DNA from: Scyliorhinus canicula
Lineage: Eukaryota
Direction: 5' to 3'
Assembly (NCBI RefSeq): GCF_902713615.1
Contig: NC_052162.1
Coordinates: 19,650,182 to 19,714,181 of the forward strand
DNA: 64,000 nucleotides
The notes under the pieces were generated by a model. That model saw only the letters and a list, made by a program, of their open reading frames with translations. It searched no databases and had not been told where the DNA came from. Position numbers and translations under genes: made by a program. Positions within the stretch are counted from its first letter, which is position 1, and the number at the start of each line of letters is the position of its first letter. Shown here piece by piece: positions 48,600 to 62,515 of the stretch.

Positions 48600-48785
48600 G
48601 CTGGCGAGCAGACCATCCAATTCCCATTCCACCTCATTCACTCTGCTGGAAACTGTACAATCCAGCTCCAAGAAACCACACCAGAGAGTGGTTCTGGTGT
48701 CAGAAGCAGTCAATGCCTCCATTGACCAACCCACTGCCGTGCAGAAAGAGGTTCAATTATCTCAAGAATGATTACGACAGGTCAA
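48600..48785 (+). pseudogene. Highly decayed Myb/SANT fragment
   Basis: VSEAVNAS...CRKRFNYL. Confidence 0.5.
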
Positions 48786-49335
48786 AGCACAGTTGTTGAT
48801 TCATATCCTATAAATGCATATTAGAAACCGACAAACACATCTTAGAAATCCCACACTGTAATGCAAAGAAAAAATATTGTTAGTGGTGCGTAAAATAGAA
48901 TTTCTTAGCTCGTCTGGCTCTTCACTGTAAACAAAACATTGACTGAAAACAGCAAGACTACTTTTCTCTAGAAAGGCATTAGCATTTGGAAATAAATATA
49001 AATGTTCTGAAATTCTGCATGAACTGCTAAGTACAACATCAAAAAGAAAATCTACCAAACGGATCACTTAATTCAGCGTGGTTTATGCCCTGTACAACCA
49101 GGTTTATTTATTGAGAGGATGAGGTAACTACGCACTAGATGTATAATCGAGAGTCACTAGTTGTAAATTATGATCCAAGTTGCAGGAAAGTTACTGGTAT
49201 CTTTCTCTACATATACAAGAGTTCAAAGGAAGCGTGCGTCGGCAGTGACACAGGCGGACATCACCTCCTCTGCTCCCACCAATAACAGTAAGAAGTCTTA
49301 CAAACCAGGTTAAAGTCCAACAGGTTTGTTTCAAA

Positions 49336-49370
49336 CACGAGCTTTCGGAGCGCAGCTCCTTCTTCAGGTG
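49336..49370 (-). ncRNA. Minimal hammerhead ribozyme motif
   Basis: Reverse complement identical to 6103-6137. Confidence 0.8.
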
Positions 49371-49953
49371 ACTGGAGAGGTATGATCCAGAAACATTTAT
49401 ATAGACAAAGTCAGAGATGCCGGACAATGCTTGGAATGCAAGCATTTGCAGGTAATTAAATCATTACAGATCCAGAGAGAGGGGTAACCCCAGGTTCAAG
49501 AGGTGTGAATTGTCTCAAGTCAGGACAGTTGGTAGGATTTTGCAAGTCCAGGCCAAATGGTGGGGAGTGGATGTAATGCGACATGAATCCAAGATCCCGG
49601 TTGAGGCCGCACTCATGCGTGCGGAACTTAGCTATAAGTTTTTGCTCGGCAATTCTGCGTTGTCGCGTGTCCTGAAGGCTGCCTTGAATGCTTACCCGGA
49701 GATCCGAGGCTGAATGCCCTTGACCGGGATCTTGGATTCATGTCGCATTACATCCACTCCCCACCATCTGGCCTGGACTTGCAAAATCCTACCAACTGTC
49801 CTGACTTGAGACAATTCACACCTCTTTAACCTGGGGTTACCCCTCTCTCTGGATCTGTAATGATTTGATTACCTGCAAATGCTCGCATTCCAAGCATTGT
49901 CCAGCATCTCTGACTTTGTCTATATAAATGCTTCTGGATCATACCTCTCCAGG

Positions 49954-49988
49954 CACCTGAAGAAGGAGCTGCGCTCTGAAAGCTCGTG
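49954..49988 (+). ncRNA. Minimal hammerhead ribozyme motif
   Basis: Same motif with one stem II G-C pair changed to G-U. Confidence 0.75.
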
Positions 49989-50573
49989 TTTGAAACAAAC
50001 CTGTTGGACTTTAACCTGGTGTTGTAGGACTTCTTACTGTGCTCACCCCAGTCCAACGCCGGCAACTCCACATCATGCCCACCAATAACTGCAGTGTTAA
50101 TGTAAGCCTACTTGTGACAATAAAGATTATTTTTTTAAAAATCAATTTAAGACCCTAGGACAGGGTTTTTGAAACTCTGGGTCGCTGTGAATGATTGGTT
50201 GTGGCATTCCTGATCACAGAAGCAGCCGCTTTTCAGAATACCGTCCGCAAGTGCTGCTCGACCTTGTTATCGAGTAAGGCTGGCGAGCCTTCATTTGCAG
50301 TGAGAATCCCGTGGGGCCTGGTTAAGTGGACGAATTAATGTTCAGTAGCATTGCCGGTCTTGATTGCTGGAGCGCAGGGAAGTTCGCGGCAGTTCCCGCT
50401 CACTACCACACTTAAGAAATCTTTCCAAAGAATCGTGTCCATAGTTTGTGGATGCCCTCCTTTCAAAAAGAACCAATATTGTACTGTAAATTAAATCAAC
50501 TTAAATAGCCCCAACACATTCAATTACTTGGGGAGGCGGGGGGAGCTCCCTGGATGGTTGATACGAAAATACA

Positions 50574-52884
50574 GGGCGGAATTTAACAGACAAATTCCTA
50601 AGTTCGTTAGGGAGTTTCCCGCTGGCTTTGCCGGTGAGTTCCCCACTGCTATCAAACGACACTTAGTCACTTTTATAGGCCCTGGGAGTTTCTCACCCAT
50701 TTAGCACATACTTGGGGTGGGATTTACCAGCTCTTCACGCCAGTGGGAAATTCCGGTCTCACGCTGGCGCACAGGATTCCCAGCGTCGAGAGGTGCTGTC
50801 ACTGGGAAATCCGGTTGACAACGGTGGGATCGGTAGATCCTGCTGGCGGGACGTCACCCCTGCCGAAATTCATGGGGAGGGATGGTTGGTAAATCTCTCC
50901 CTTAGAACTTGCTTTAGCACTGGGGGAGTTGAACTCAGAGATCGGGCTGCCATTTTCAAAGGGTGCCCTGATATCTAAGTGAGCCTGTGGGTCCCCCACC
51001 CATGGGCAATGTCACCCCCCATACACATGGACATTGCCCCACACCCCCCAAGTGAGGTCACCCTATGGGATCCCTGGAGGGCTCCCTTCTTCAGGACCCC
51101 ACGTCCGCTTACAGACCCCCCTCCAGCAGCCCAACTCGTCACCCGCCCAATCTCCCAGACGCCAATTTCTACATGCCCTTTACACCCCCCTCCACCCCTT
51201 TCATGGGAATGGCCCCCCTCAGGCCGACCCCTGGCAGTGCTCCTGGCAGCTTGGCAGTGCCAGCTAGGCAACTTGGCAGCACCAAGGTGACAGTGCCAAC
51301 GTACCCACATTCCGGGGGAGGGCCAGCGAGCCACCCCGCCCAATCCCTGGCCAGCCAGGGGCCTCTGGTGGCCTGGGAGACCCACCGGGTGCTGTTCCGC
51401 CTGTGCACTTTGGGTGGACCAGTACTGAATGGCACCCGGCTGCAGCCTCCTTAGGGAGGCTGATAGATCCGGGTCAGTCTGCCTACATAGGTTTAAAAAC
51501 TACGTAGGCGCGCGTCATTTTGTCACACCCCTTTTGGGCAGTTTTCTGATTCCAACTCCTTGCAGGACTTGGATATGTTCTGCGAGGCATAAAGGCTGCT
51601 GGGAAGCCTGCGGGAGGGCATCCGTGAATTCACAAGGACAGGGCACAGGTGCCACACCTTCTCGTCAAGATGGAGCCTCCTTTGGCGCATGCTCTCATTT
51701 GTTCGAAAGACCAGCGATGACTGTACACCTTGGGCCGTCGTGGGTCTCCCTCTATGGGTTCCGCCCTTGCCAGATGGGTGGCCGGGTCCTCAGGGTGCAG
51801 ACCTGCACACTGGTCACTATCTCGATTCTCTGTCGACGCTGCTGCATTATTTTCTCTGGCATCTGGCCACCTGACCTGCCAGCAGCACCATTAGGGCAAG
51901 TTCTGCGGGGTCCAAGATATTGTCCATCCCGTGTAATATCTGAAAGGGATTTGTGAGGGTGTGAGATGAACAACCAGCAGTGTCTTCCACCCCGGGAACC
52001 TCCATTCCCCCCATTGTTACCCCCCATCTGACACGCCCTGCCTAGGCAACCGTCAGTCCCTGGACCCCAAACCCTGTACCCAGACCGGGCACTGGTCCTC
52101 CCTCCCGTGCACATGCCCACTCTCTGGTCGCGGAGATGTTCTTGGTGCCGGAGCCCAGCCACTGGGTCTTCAGATGTTGGCTGCTGCATTCTCGGTCTTG
52201 ACTCCTTAATGTTCAGGCAGTGTCCAGGCATCACGGTCTGAATGGGATGCTAGGCAATAACTGCCACATGCTACATGGCCCACCCACCCACAGGGCTGGG
52301 ACTTGGAATATGTGAAGTACTCACTTAACTACGATTGCCAATTCCCAATTAACTGTAGACTTCAGCCCCGCAGCCAGTTATGGGTGGCCAGCGGGGCAGG
52401 TGGGTTGGGGTTGCCCCCAGAACAGGACCACATGGTCCAGCCGTTGGCATGGTGTACCCGCAGGTATTAACACACCGATCCCCCGCCCACCCCCAAGCCT
52501 AGCCCGGCCCATAGGTGGCCAACGCCCTCCGAGCACTGAGACTCCGTGAGAGAAGATGGCTACTTATTTCCTCGGGTCCCACAGCAGCCCTTCCATTTTT
52601 GAAAAGCAGTATTAATTGACATCTGCGTGACCACTTGCTGGGGAGGCCATCAGATACGCGGGCACTCTTGTTAATTGTATGGAGATCATGCGTAAGTGGT
52701 GATTACTGGTTTCTTGCCATTCTACAGCAAATAAATAAATAAAGGTCCTGAGTTCGCCGACGGGTGTGGGCCAGTTAGATAGCAAACAGCGATGCCCGGC
52801 ACGGTTCTCATTTTGGCCTCTCCCTCGATTTAACGGCCTCGTCGCGCTCTCACTTAAGTGCAACACGGCCATTAAATCATACCC
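50574..52884 (-). mobile_element. Internally deleted Harbinger with transposase remnant (about 51630-51850) and a nested 187-bp MITE (50715-50901)
   Basis: Ends GGGCGGAATTTAA / TTAAATCATACCC; RRPKVYSHRWSFEQM; MITE TIRs GGGTGGGATTTACC / GGTAAATCTCTCCC. Confidence 0.75.
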
Positions 52885-53303
52885 ACCATTTGTATAATCA
52901 GAATCCAACTTGTATAATCAGTGCAACTGGGCAACATAATAGAATAATTGTTTTTTTTCATTAAAAAGCACTCCTTGATGTTTTCAATATTGGTAACCAA
53001 TACACTTTTAATAACTGCCAAAAAAGAGAATTTGAATAAATGTGTCATCCTCATGTAAGGAATCTGAATTTCTTTAAACAAAACCAGAAAGAACCATTTA
53101 ATAGCTTCATTGATGTATACTGGTCAGCTTCTTCGTAAATTAAGTACTTTTTCATTTGATAACAGCTTTTAAAACAAAATAAATGAAGTGCCTTCTTGAA
53201 TCAGTGCAATTTTGGGCTGGGAATTTGTCAGTTGTAGGCAAATTGAATATTAGACATTTGGGGCATAAATAGGTATTGCAGCCAATTCATCAGGAAAGCC
53301 ATG

Positions 53304-54078
53304 AGGCGGGATTTTCCATTAACCAACGCTGGAAATTGGGAAAGGCGATTGGACGGGGAATCGGTTCCGATGCCGAAATCGCGGCAGGCGCTAATTTGAC
53401 AACAAATCGCAATGCACCAGCACCTCAATGCGTTCCGTAACGCATGTACAGTAGACACCGTTTGCACATCATTAGCGGGCCTGACCCGGTATTCTCCAGG
53501 AGCTCCACTATTCTCTGCCTCCGATGCGCTGAGTTCCCGATGTCGTGGTTCACTTGTGCTTTTGTGAAACCGGCATGGCGACTGCTGAGGGACAGCGAGG
53601 GGATACGGAAGATGTCCAACATCATCACAGTTTGCTGACAGTGGGTGGGCTGTGGGGTCAGTGTGGACAGACACGGGACATCGCCACATTTGACATGCAG
53701 CTGCACACACCATTAACAGCCCACTTTGAACTTCGTGCCACGGGTCGTATAGGTGCCCTCCAAGGCCCCAGCCGACTCATCGGCTGTATGCGCACGCTCC
53801 ATAATAACCAGTGCCAACTTGTTGGCTGGAATGAGTGTGTGTGTGGATTGTAATATGTATGTGCGGTTGCAGCTTGTCAGCCACCCGAGTGTCGATCACG
53901 GACCAGGTGAATCCCGCACCGTCTTTCAATGGAATCGATTATGTTCCATATGGCACCAGTGTTAGCCCCTCAACAGTAGTAGAATCTATCCAGGTTCAGC
54001 GTCGGTTTTTCTGTCGAAAAAGACCACGGATTTTGCGTTGACATCAACACTTAGTCTCAGAACCGGAGAATCCCGCCC
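53304..54078. mobile_element. Non-autonomous Harbinger
   Basis: TIRs AGGCGGGATTTTCC / GGAGAATCCCGCCC; ATG TSD. Confidence 0.92.
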
Positions 54079-57000
54079 ATGATTTCTAAGCCTCATTCAT
54101 GATTTCACAATTTAAAAAATACATTTCTTCCTTTTTTCTTGTACTTGAGCTGGCTATTCATCTGCCAGTCTTTTTCCCTCACTATAAATTAATTTATCCA
54201 GTCACTGATGTTCCATTAGCATACCTCAACTGATGTCCATGCTAATCAATCAGACATGGCTGGCCAAATGAAAGCAGAAGTAGTTCTGCCGGGCTTTGCT
54301 TTGAATTGTTTCGCTCCCCTCTTATCTTGGCAATTCTGAACGGGGAAATGCACCGCATGCAATGTTCAGTATGCAACATGGATTACTGTAACTGCAGGGT
54401 GCATACATTTTTTTGTTGCCTTCTTAATTAACTAATTACGTATGGTCTTCTCACCTAGCAAAAGTGCTTTTTTTCATAGATAAATAAATAATTAAACACC
54501 AAAGCAAAAGAAAACTCATATTATTACCCATGCCCAGCTTCCATTCCGATCTCCACCATCACAACATGGTGATGAGGAAGGATAATTGAAAAAAAAATGT
54601 TCCATGATGGAGGGCTGAGCTTTACCAGCCCCCACATGAACCAAATGGAAGTATGGAATCCTGTAAAATATTGGGAGCACCCATGACAGGATAGTGCAAC
54701 ATTGGGATGTTTCAAGATGGATAGCCAAATTGCATATGCAAAGGCCCTATTATTTTACATAGCTGCAGCATTATGCCAGTAGTGGAGTGGTGCTCCTGTA
54801 GGGTGGGGAGGCCACCGGCTAAATATAGGCATTCTTCCTATCACAGCCCCTAGGTCATCAGAGCTTCATGGCCCAAAGAGGAGCCTGTGGGCAGGGAAGG
54901 CAGCACCCACAACCCTAACGATTTCCCGGAGGAGTTTCTCCTCTAACCCTCGGTCCCCTTAATTTTTTATGTACTTAATGCAGACGCCCTCAAGGTTTCA
55001 TACCTACTATGGCAGTACCCGTCTCTTACGCTGGGGCTGCTGAAGTTTCAGGGGCACTGGCCTGTGACTGGGCTGGCAGTACCAGGAGCCAACTTACCAT
55101 CTTTAATTGGACAACAAACGTATATGCAGCCAATTAGTCGGCTGTCTGCAGTAATATTTCTGAACCAGTCCTACTGCTGGCTCAGGATCAACGTTTTGCT
55201 CCAATGTCAGAGCCCCGAAGTCCATAGAAAAATCCAGTGCACAATTTTTAATATAGCTCTGACCTGTGAAGATTAAATAAACCACTTATAAGGTTTATAA
55301 ACCAACAATTCATCTATATTGGCTTATGTTTCAGAAGTACCTGTTAATTTCTAATCCAAATTAATTTTTAAGATTTTCTTGTCTCATGTTGAGACAGTGG
55401 CATTGGCATGTCTATGTAACTTGCTTATGTTTGGAATTCACTTTTTTTTGTTTTTGGCGTGTGAGCATTGCTGGCAGGCTAGAATTTGCTTCCCATCCCT
55501 AATTGTCCTTAAGAAGTTGGTAGTGCTGAAGACCATGTGGTGTAAGGTGTGTGCAGAGTGTTATTTGAAGGTCCAGGAAGGAGCAGTGAGATATATCTAA
55601 GTTCCTGTGTGGTGACTTGGTGAGGAACGTGCAGGTGGTTGCTTTCCCATGTGTCTTCTGCCATTTTCCTACTATGTGGTTGTGCCTGTCTGATTCAATC
55701 AATTTTGCCCAGTTTGCAATTAATACCCACTTATGGGTCTTATCTCGCCACCGCTGGCATTTAACCGTTGATAGGAAAGGCCCACGCAAAGTGGCCAGCC
55801 TGGCAGGTGTCTCTGCATGGTCTGGTGGTGGGTGGGGTTCCCTGCTTAACATGTCCTCTGGGTCCTGATGGTTGTCCAGTAATTCCAGCTGAAAAATGCA
55901 TATGTGGACATGATTGCACTACAAACTCTAAAGACAAAGAATTGTTGTTGAATGAAGTTTTGGTGGGCAACATTTGCCACGGAACTGAATATTTTCAGGA
56001 GAGTTGGGGGAAAAACACTAATTAAAAGATGAATTGAAATGTGCAGAATAAAATAATTTTTTTTTCTTTTGATTTTTCTGAATGTACCCTTATTGTGCAA
56101 TTCCACTACTTGGCTTCCATTATGTCTGAAATATTATTTACCATCATTAACTTTTAAAATATGGTCTGTTAGCAGTAAAATCACCAATTATACTTATAGA
56201 ATAAAGAAAACAAATTTCATTTAAACAAATGTTTCATTCAGTGTGAAACTTCCAGGACTCATAACCGCCCAGGAGCACTCAAGCTATTATTTACTTTTCA
56301 TGCATTTAAAACATTTGACAGAATGTTGTGATTGGTATGATAGTGTTGTCATGGAAGTCTAATTTGAAAATTGCTATATAATTTAGCTATAAAATTCCGC
56401 TTTAAAATAATTTTCAATGGAATCTGTTCCATTGTGCAGGTTTTGTGTAAGGCCAATGAAGTATATTCCAACATGAACAGTAAAGCATAATTCAATCGCA
56501 ATTAAATATTTGTTGCAAAAGCATCTCAATACATTTTGAAAAGACAAAAAAGGCATAAAAATAGTTAAGTCATTAAAAAGACTGAGTTTTGGATTAAGTT
56601 GTGCAACCTTGGATTGGACTTTTTTCTTTGCATAAGTCTCAGAAATCACCATAGTTTTAATAACGCAAGAATATTAAAAGGAATATCACAATGTTTCGAA
56701 AGCTAATATATCATGTCTAAGAGTCAGAATAATTGCGCTCTCTGTGAAATGAGAGAATAGCAGACATAATTGTGAAAAGTGCCAGTTGAACAAATAAGCA
56801 AAAAGATATGTTTTTCTACCAGAATAAATAAATGAACAAAACTACTTTCAGTACTGTATGTACAAACGTAATTAAAGGTTAAATACAAATTTTTAATGCC
56901 TACAAAACACCCAAATCATTAACTTTTCACATGGTTTCACATTTCATATTGCTTTACACCTTTCTTTAATGATTATATTGACCAAAAATAAAAGATGCTG

Positions 57001-57200
57001 GGGTATATTTTGCTCTTTTATGTCATTTTTAAAAAATTTCTAAATTACTACTTAAGATGAAAGCCAAATGAGCACTTTCCTGCCACTGAAATTTTATGTA
57101 AGTTTATTGACAAAATCAATTATGAAGTACCTGCAATAATATTGGCTTCACTTTAAAATTGGCTATCAATCGAATAAATCCGTAATATACTGTTGATGCA

Positions 57201-57425
57201 GGGCAGCACGATGGCACAGTGGTTTGCACTGCTGCCTCACAGCACCGAGGTCCCAGGTTCGATCCTGGCTCTGGGTCACTGTCCGTGTGGAGTTTGCACA
57301 TTCTTCCCATGCTTGCGTGGGTTTAGCCCTCACAACCCAAAGATGTGCAGGCTAGGTGGATTGGCCACGCTAAATTGCCCGTTAAGTGGAAAAAATTAAT
57401 TGGGTATTCTAAATTTATACAACAA
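57201..57425 (+). mobile_element. Short V-SINE with A-rich tail
   Basis: 16-bp TSD AATATACTGTTGATGC (57184-57199 and 57426-57441). Confidence 0.9.
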
Positions 57426-58554
57426 AATATACTGTTGATGCTCTCTGAACACCTGAAATTAAAATGTAGCTATTTTGATAGATTATGTATTTCAGAATAA
57501 AATTCCAGTTAGCAATGTGAACAGTGCTCTAAAAGAAACAATCTTTTATATTTTGTGGGTCAGTCAGTCACTCTACAGTGAAAATATTAATTTTTTTTGG
57601 ATGGATGCATAATGGATGGAAAATTCTGTGGGACACACTGTGACTTCTTTGAGTGAATTCCCAATATGCACACTGAATGGGAAAGTCTGGGCCACGGGCT
57701 TGAATTTGAAAAATTCAACTTACTTGTGTGATAATGCATCACGGATCATATATCTCTCGATTTCCAAAAAAGCAGGGCAGGTACAAAATCTACAACATGA
57801 AAAGGATTACTGCCAAGGGAAAGCTACAAATTGAAAACTGTAAAGCACAGTACAAATAAATGAGAAATTGAATAAACGTTACATTTCAAAGTGAAAATGT
57901 ACCCTGCATTAAGCAAGACAGCAATTGTTTCATGGTAATATGAGAACAGGGTATTGAGGATTACCTAAGAAATTAAGGCTGCAGAGGGGAAGAAAACAAA
58001 CTAATTATGGGAGGAGACTTACTATATTGTTAGGGAAGGAGTTTGCCAAGAGGTTTAGCTTGATGAATTTGGACAGGAGTGCTGATATATATGTAGACCA
58101 AATATTTGTTCCATACATTTCACCAATTTGATCATATAGACTGACTGTGCACAAGTGCTTGATGATTTATTTCACAATAAATTATTGAAATTCATATGCA
58201 TTCTTACATGCCACTAGTATCACCCTTTGCTCTCTACACAGTGTAACATCTAGCAGCAAAGAAACACTTTCTACAACACCACCTGTGAACATCTACACTT
58301 TTGCTAAACATCACGCATTCAAGCACCTTACAATGATGGCTGTAGAAATGCTTGTAAAACACAGGACTGATGAAGAAGGGGCAGAAGAGGTAGGGAATGT
58401 TTAGAGACAGGTAAATACAGAGCAACGGGATGGCTGGCTGCATGAAATGTTTTAATTTGCTTCAGTTTCCAGACCTTATGCAGTTTGCTCTTGCAAATAG
58501 AACACAGAACATATGTAATGCCAAGCAGTGCTAGCCTCTATCCTCCAGGTACAA

Positions 58555-58873
58555 AGAACATAGAACGTACAGTGCAGAAGGAGGACATTCAGCCCATCGA
58601 GTTTGCACCAACCCATTTAAGCCCTCACTTCCACCCTATTCCCGTAACCCAATAACCCCATCTAACCTTTTTTTGGACATTAAGGGCAATTTAGCATGGC
58701 CAATCCACCTAACCTGCACGTCTTTGGGAGGAAACCGGAGCACCCAGAGGAAACCTACACACACATGGGGAGAACGTGCAGACTCCGCACAGACAGTGAC
58801 CCAGCGGGGAATCAAACCTGGAACCCTGGCACTGTGAAGCCACAGTGCTATCCACTTGTGCTACCGTGCTGCC
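58555..58873 (-). mobile_element. HE1-like V-SINE
   Basis: Head, core, CR1-type tail. Confidence 0.9.
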
Positions 58874-59940
58874 TAAAGTCACTTAGTGGAATGTGTTGTG
58901 AATTGGGTACCTCAACAACATAAGCAATGATGAGAGAATAAGTAGTCATGGATATTCACATGTTTAAGACTATTAAGGATGCTCGTGAAGATAGTTGTGG
59001 CATGCAAAGAGAAGCACAAGAGCAATTGCCAGTTTGTTGTCATCACTGCCAGTTGAACACCATGTAGAACCGATTAAAAATATGTATTTAGAAGCAGTTG
59101 AATTGGAAAAAGCAGTTCTTAGGAATACCATGTAGCTGGCCAGTTGCTTGAATGGCCATTCACCAATTCTATTCACTCAGTTATGGGAGCCTTTAGGGCT
59201 TTGGTATGGTGTGAAGCTACACAAAGGAACACACAATTGAAAAGCAACAGATAAACATCCCAAACAATTTTGCATATAGAGTATACAGAAAGCACCACTT
59301 CCACCAAACCTCCATGTACACCCAGTCAACAAATTCACTAAAAGGCACGAAAGATATTGTTGTTTTATAGCCTATACACATGTTACATCATGTCATATGT
59401 TGTAATCTAGCATTTTTTGCGTGAAAGTTACTTATTCATGAATAAACAAACCATTTTGTTCTTATTGAAACTAAACTTCCAAACCATTTAGCAGTTCTGT
59501 TATGAAAATATGCCCATTTAAAAAAAAATGTTCAATTACAGAGCTTATTGTAAGAAAAGTGAGGCAATAAGGATCTTGCATGTTGCTGCAGTTCCTCCAG
59601 CAATTAGTTTGTGTCCACTAAGCGGTTCTTACCATGGGAATATTACAATAAATGCAATTACAATTTTCCATCCTACCTGAGAGCCTACTTTAAGGCTTCC
59701 CGTCTCTTCCACAGTCAGTGCCTCAGGTGTCTGTTCATTGAAGACTTTGATTCATGAATGCGCATTATTGTATTTGATAACTGCTGGTGAATTGGGGATT
59801 ATGCAGACGTTTCGATCATGGTTGCACCAAAAAAACCCACATCTGTTAGTCCTCATTCCTTCCCTCTTCAAAAATCAATGCAATAATTAATCTTTTCAGT
59901 ATCATTTTTACTTTCCAGAAAGTGTACACTGACAAACACT

Positions 59941-60799
59941 GGGCAGAATTCTTCCCAAAAAAATGACGAGATGTCATTTTGGGCAGGAAAATCAGAGTGA
60001 ATCGCGGCAGAATGATCTTCCAACACTTAGTTACTTTTTGGAACCAGGGCTTAAACGTTCTAAAAAAGTAATGTGTGGACCTCACAGAGATTTTAAAAGG
60101 GTGCCCCAATCTCAAAGTGACAGTGCAGACCCCCTACCCCCCCGTACATTGCAGCACCTGGGCTTCAGTGCCCCCCCCCCCCCCCCCCCCATAGCAACCA
60201 CCATCCTTGCCAGAAGCATCTCCCCGCCCCTCCAAAGGATCGCTGGCATTGCGGCTCTCCCTTTAGGTTCCGCCCCCTTCTCACCAGTATCAGGCGCCCC
60301 AGCCCCAATCGCCGCTCCCACCCCAGTAGCACCTCTCCCCCCCGCTAGCGACACCCACTATGGGATTGTCAAATCCTAACCCTCTGAAGGCTCTGCCGCA
60401 TTCATGCCCCCACCCCTTGGCAGTGCCATCCTGGCACCAACCTGAGTGTCAACCGATCAACCAGGTGTCTCTGATTAGCCAGGTGCTCCAATAGCCCCTG
60501 AGCCCCCTGGTGTGAGTTCTCGGGTGGTGCAGACTGGTAGTGATTCCTGGCCTCATGGTGTGCTGATGAGGGGGGAAATCCAGCTTGAAACTGACTAAGC
60601 ATATTTAGATCCTTATTTAAACAAGTTAATCTCTTTTAAATCCTGTGAGGGCAATGAACTGAATTACGTCAGCTACAGCGGGCAGGGAGAATTTCACTCT
60701 GTTCGGTGCCCGGCGTGAACCCCGTTTAAGGACTCTCCCACAATTTTCCTGGCATTGTGCAATGTGCGCCAGGAGCAATGCGGCCGGACAATCGCCCCC
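59941..60799. mobile_element. Harbinger-type MITE, decayed
   Basis: Ends GGGCAGAATT / AATCGCCCCC; interior resembles 47280-47990 and 50574-51450. Confidence 0.7.
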
Positions 60800-62314
60800 A
60801 TGATTTTCTGATGAGAATCATATTCACCTTCCTGAGCGTATAAGCCCTTCTTTAAAACGTGAACTATGGCTTTGCTGGTAAGCTAGTGAATGGCTATTGC
60901 TATGGAATGATACTCTGTAGCTTCGTAAAATCACCAAAATTGAAAAGAACATGCTTCCTCTGCAGCTGTTGGTCTCTAGCAATGAGTGTATTGATGGGCA
61001 TGTTATAAAAAAGGCTTCAGCTGCTTTCTCAATGCAGTAATGGCTAGCAATACTGACCGACTCCTGCTATGCCCATGGGTGTGTGAACGGACTATTCGGC
61101 ATTAAATCTGAGAGCAGTGACATTAATATTTGACTGCGCCAGAAGGTCTTTGAGAATTAGATGATAACCTAGTCGTGGCATCCCTGCTAAGCCTGAGCTT
61201 CCTCATGCATTGGTTAGTTTGGCAGATGGTTTGTCTCCGATGGAGCGTGTGCTCCCAGCCAACCCCACTCTGTGGTTCTCACTAAACTATGACCTATTCT
61301 ATTGGGCCAATAAACGTTTGAACAGTTCACAAATAGAAATAATGTGCTGATACATTCAAAATTGCCCTTCTTTCTTCTGAAGGAGTCCCATTTTAAATAA
61401 GAAAAAACTAACAATAATATTTTCCATCCCCTTGAAGAAAGCTGCCATTTGAATAAACAGAATAAACTTTTATTTTGCTACTCACCTCACACCCATTTTA
61501 GGCTGCCATTGACAAGCAGACTAGTGATACAAACTTAAGAAAAGCTTGATACTATTTTCCTCACAGCTTTAGCAATATCTGCTTTTTTGTTAGTATTAAT
61601 ACTCAGAGCAAAATATACCCCTGTGACAACCCTTATGATACAACAGCACATGTTTTTCATTGCAGCAATCTGTCCTGTCCAAATGCTGGCAGGCAGGTAG
61701 TCTCCACCTGTCTGCGTAATTTGTTTAACACATCGTTGACTAATAAATACAATAGCAAGAGCAAAGACATAGAATGTGTTACAGTAACATTTTCTAACAC
61801 ATTGCATGAAGTTACTGTGTTGCAAAAGCTATGTATGCATATATACAGTTCCACAATAATAGAATATACAGAAGTATGCATATTCCTTTTATTAACAAAT
61901 GCTCAAGAATACAAAAAATAATCAAAACAGGCTGACAAAAATTGTCACTTATAAGGTGCTTATTCTTACAAAATATTTATATCCTCATACCATTAAAGGG
62001 ACAGACCCTATATATTGACAATCATTAAAACTAAAAATGGGGTGACATATACATTCATTCAATACATGGTATTGGTCAAGTAGGGGTTTGCACCCTCTAA
62101 ATGTAGGGGGAAATCACACTAAATAATCACTCCTGATTGACTGAAAAAATAAAGGGGTAAAATATTACAATGCTCTAGTAAGCTTTCATCCAAGGACTAT
62201 AAGAGAGGACTCTGATCAATGTGCAAGTATTCCTTTTCGCAGGCCTTTTGAGACCATTGTACAAAATTGGCTATTTTAAAACCAAAGTAAAATACCGTAC
62301 AAGCTGGAAATATG

Positions 62315-62515
62315 AAAACAGATAATGCTTGAAACACTCAGCATCTCCGGAAACATCTGTGGAGAGGATGGAGCAGTTAATATTTTGGGTGCAGAAGCTT
62401 CTTCAAAAAGATTTTTCAAATAAATGTTATTTATTAATCAAAATGTTAATTGATCTGTTCTCTCCACAGATGCCATCCATCTTGACGAGTGATTCCAGCG
62501 CTTTCTGTTTTTGGT
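62315..62515. repeat. Old palindromic Penelope-like pLTR remnant
   Basis: Arms CATCTGTGGAGAG / CTCTCCACAGATG and AAAACAGA / TCTGTTTT. Confidence 0.55.

Larger units (their letters stand above)
49287..50077. mobile_element. Penelope-like element with inverted pLTR arms
   Basis: Arms about 49287-49601 and 49723-50038; spacer encodes GHSASDLRVS...AEQKLIAKFRTHECGLNRDLG (GIY-YIG C-terminus, minus strand); 12-bp TSD CCCACCAATAAC. Confidence 0.93.

Noticed and set aside
59670-59850. Possible minus-strand coding exon ending CAG|gtagg
   Set aside because: Stops in candidate frames and no recognisable protein
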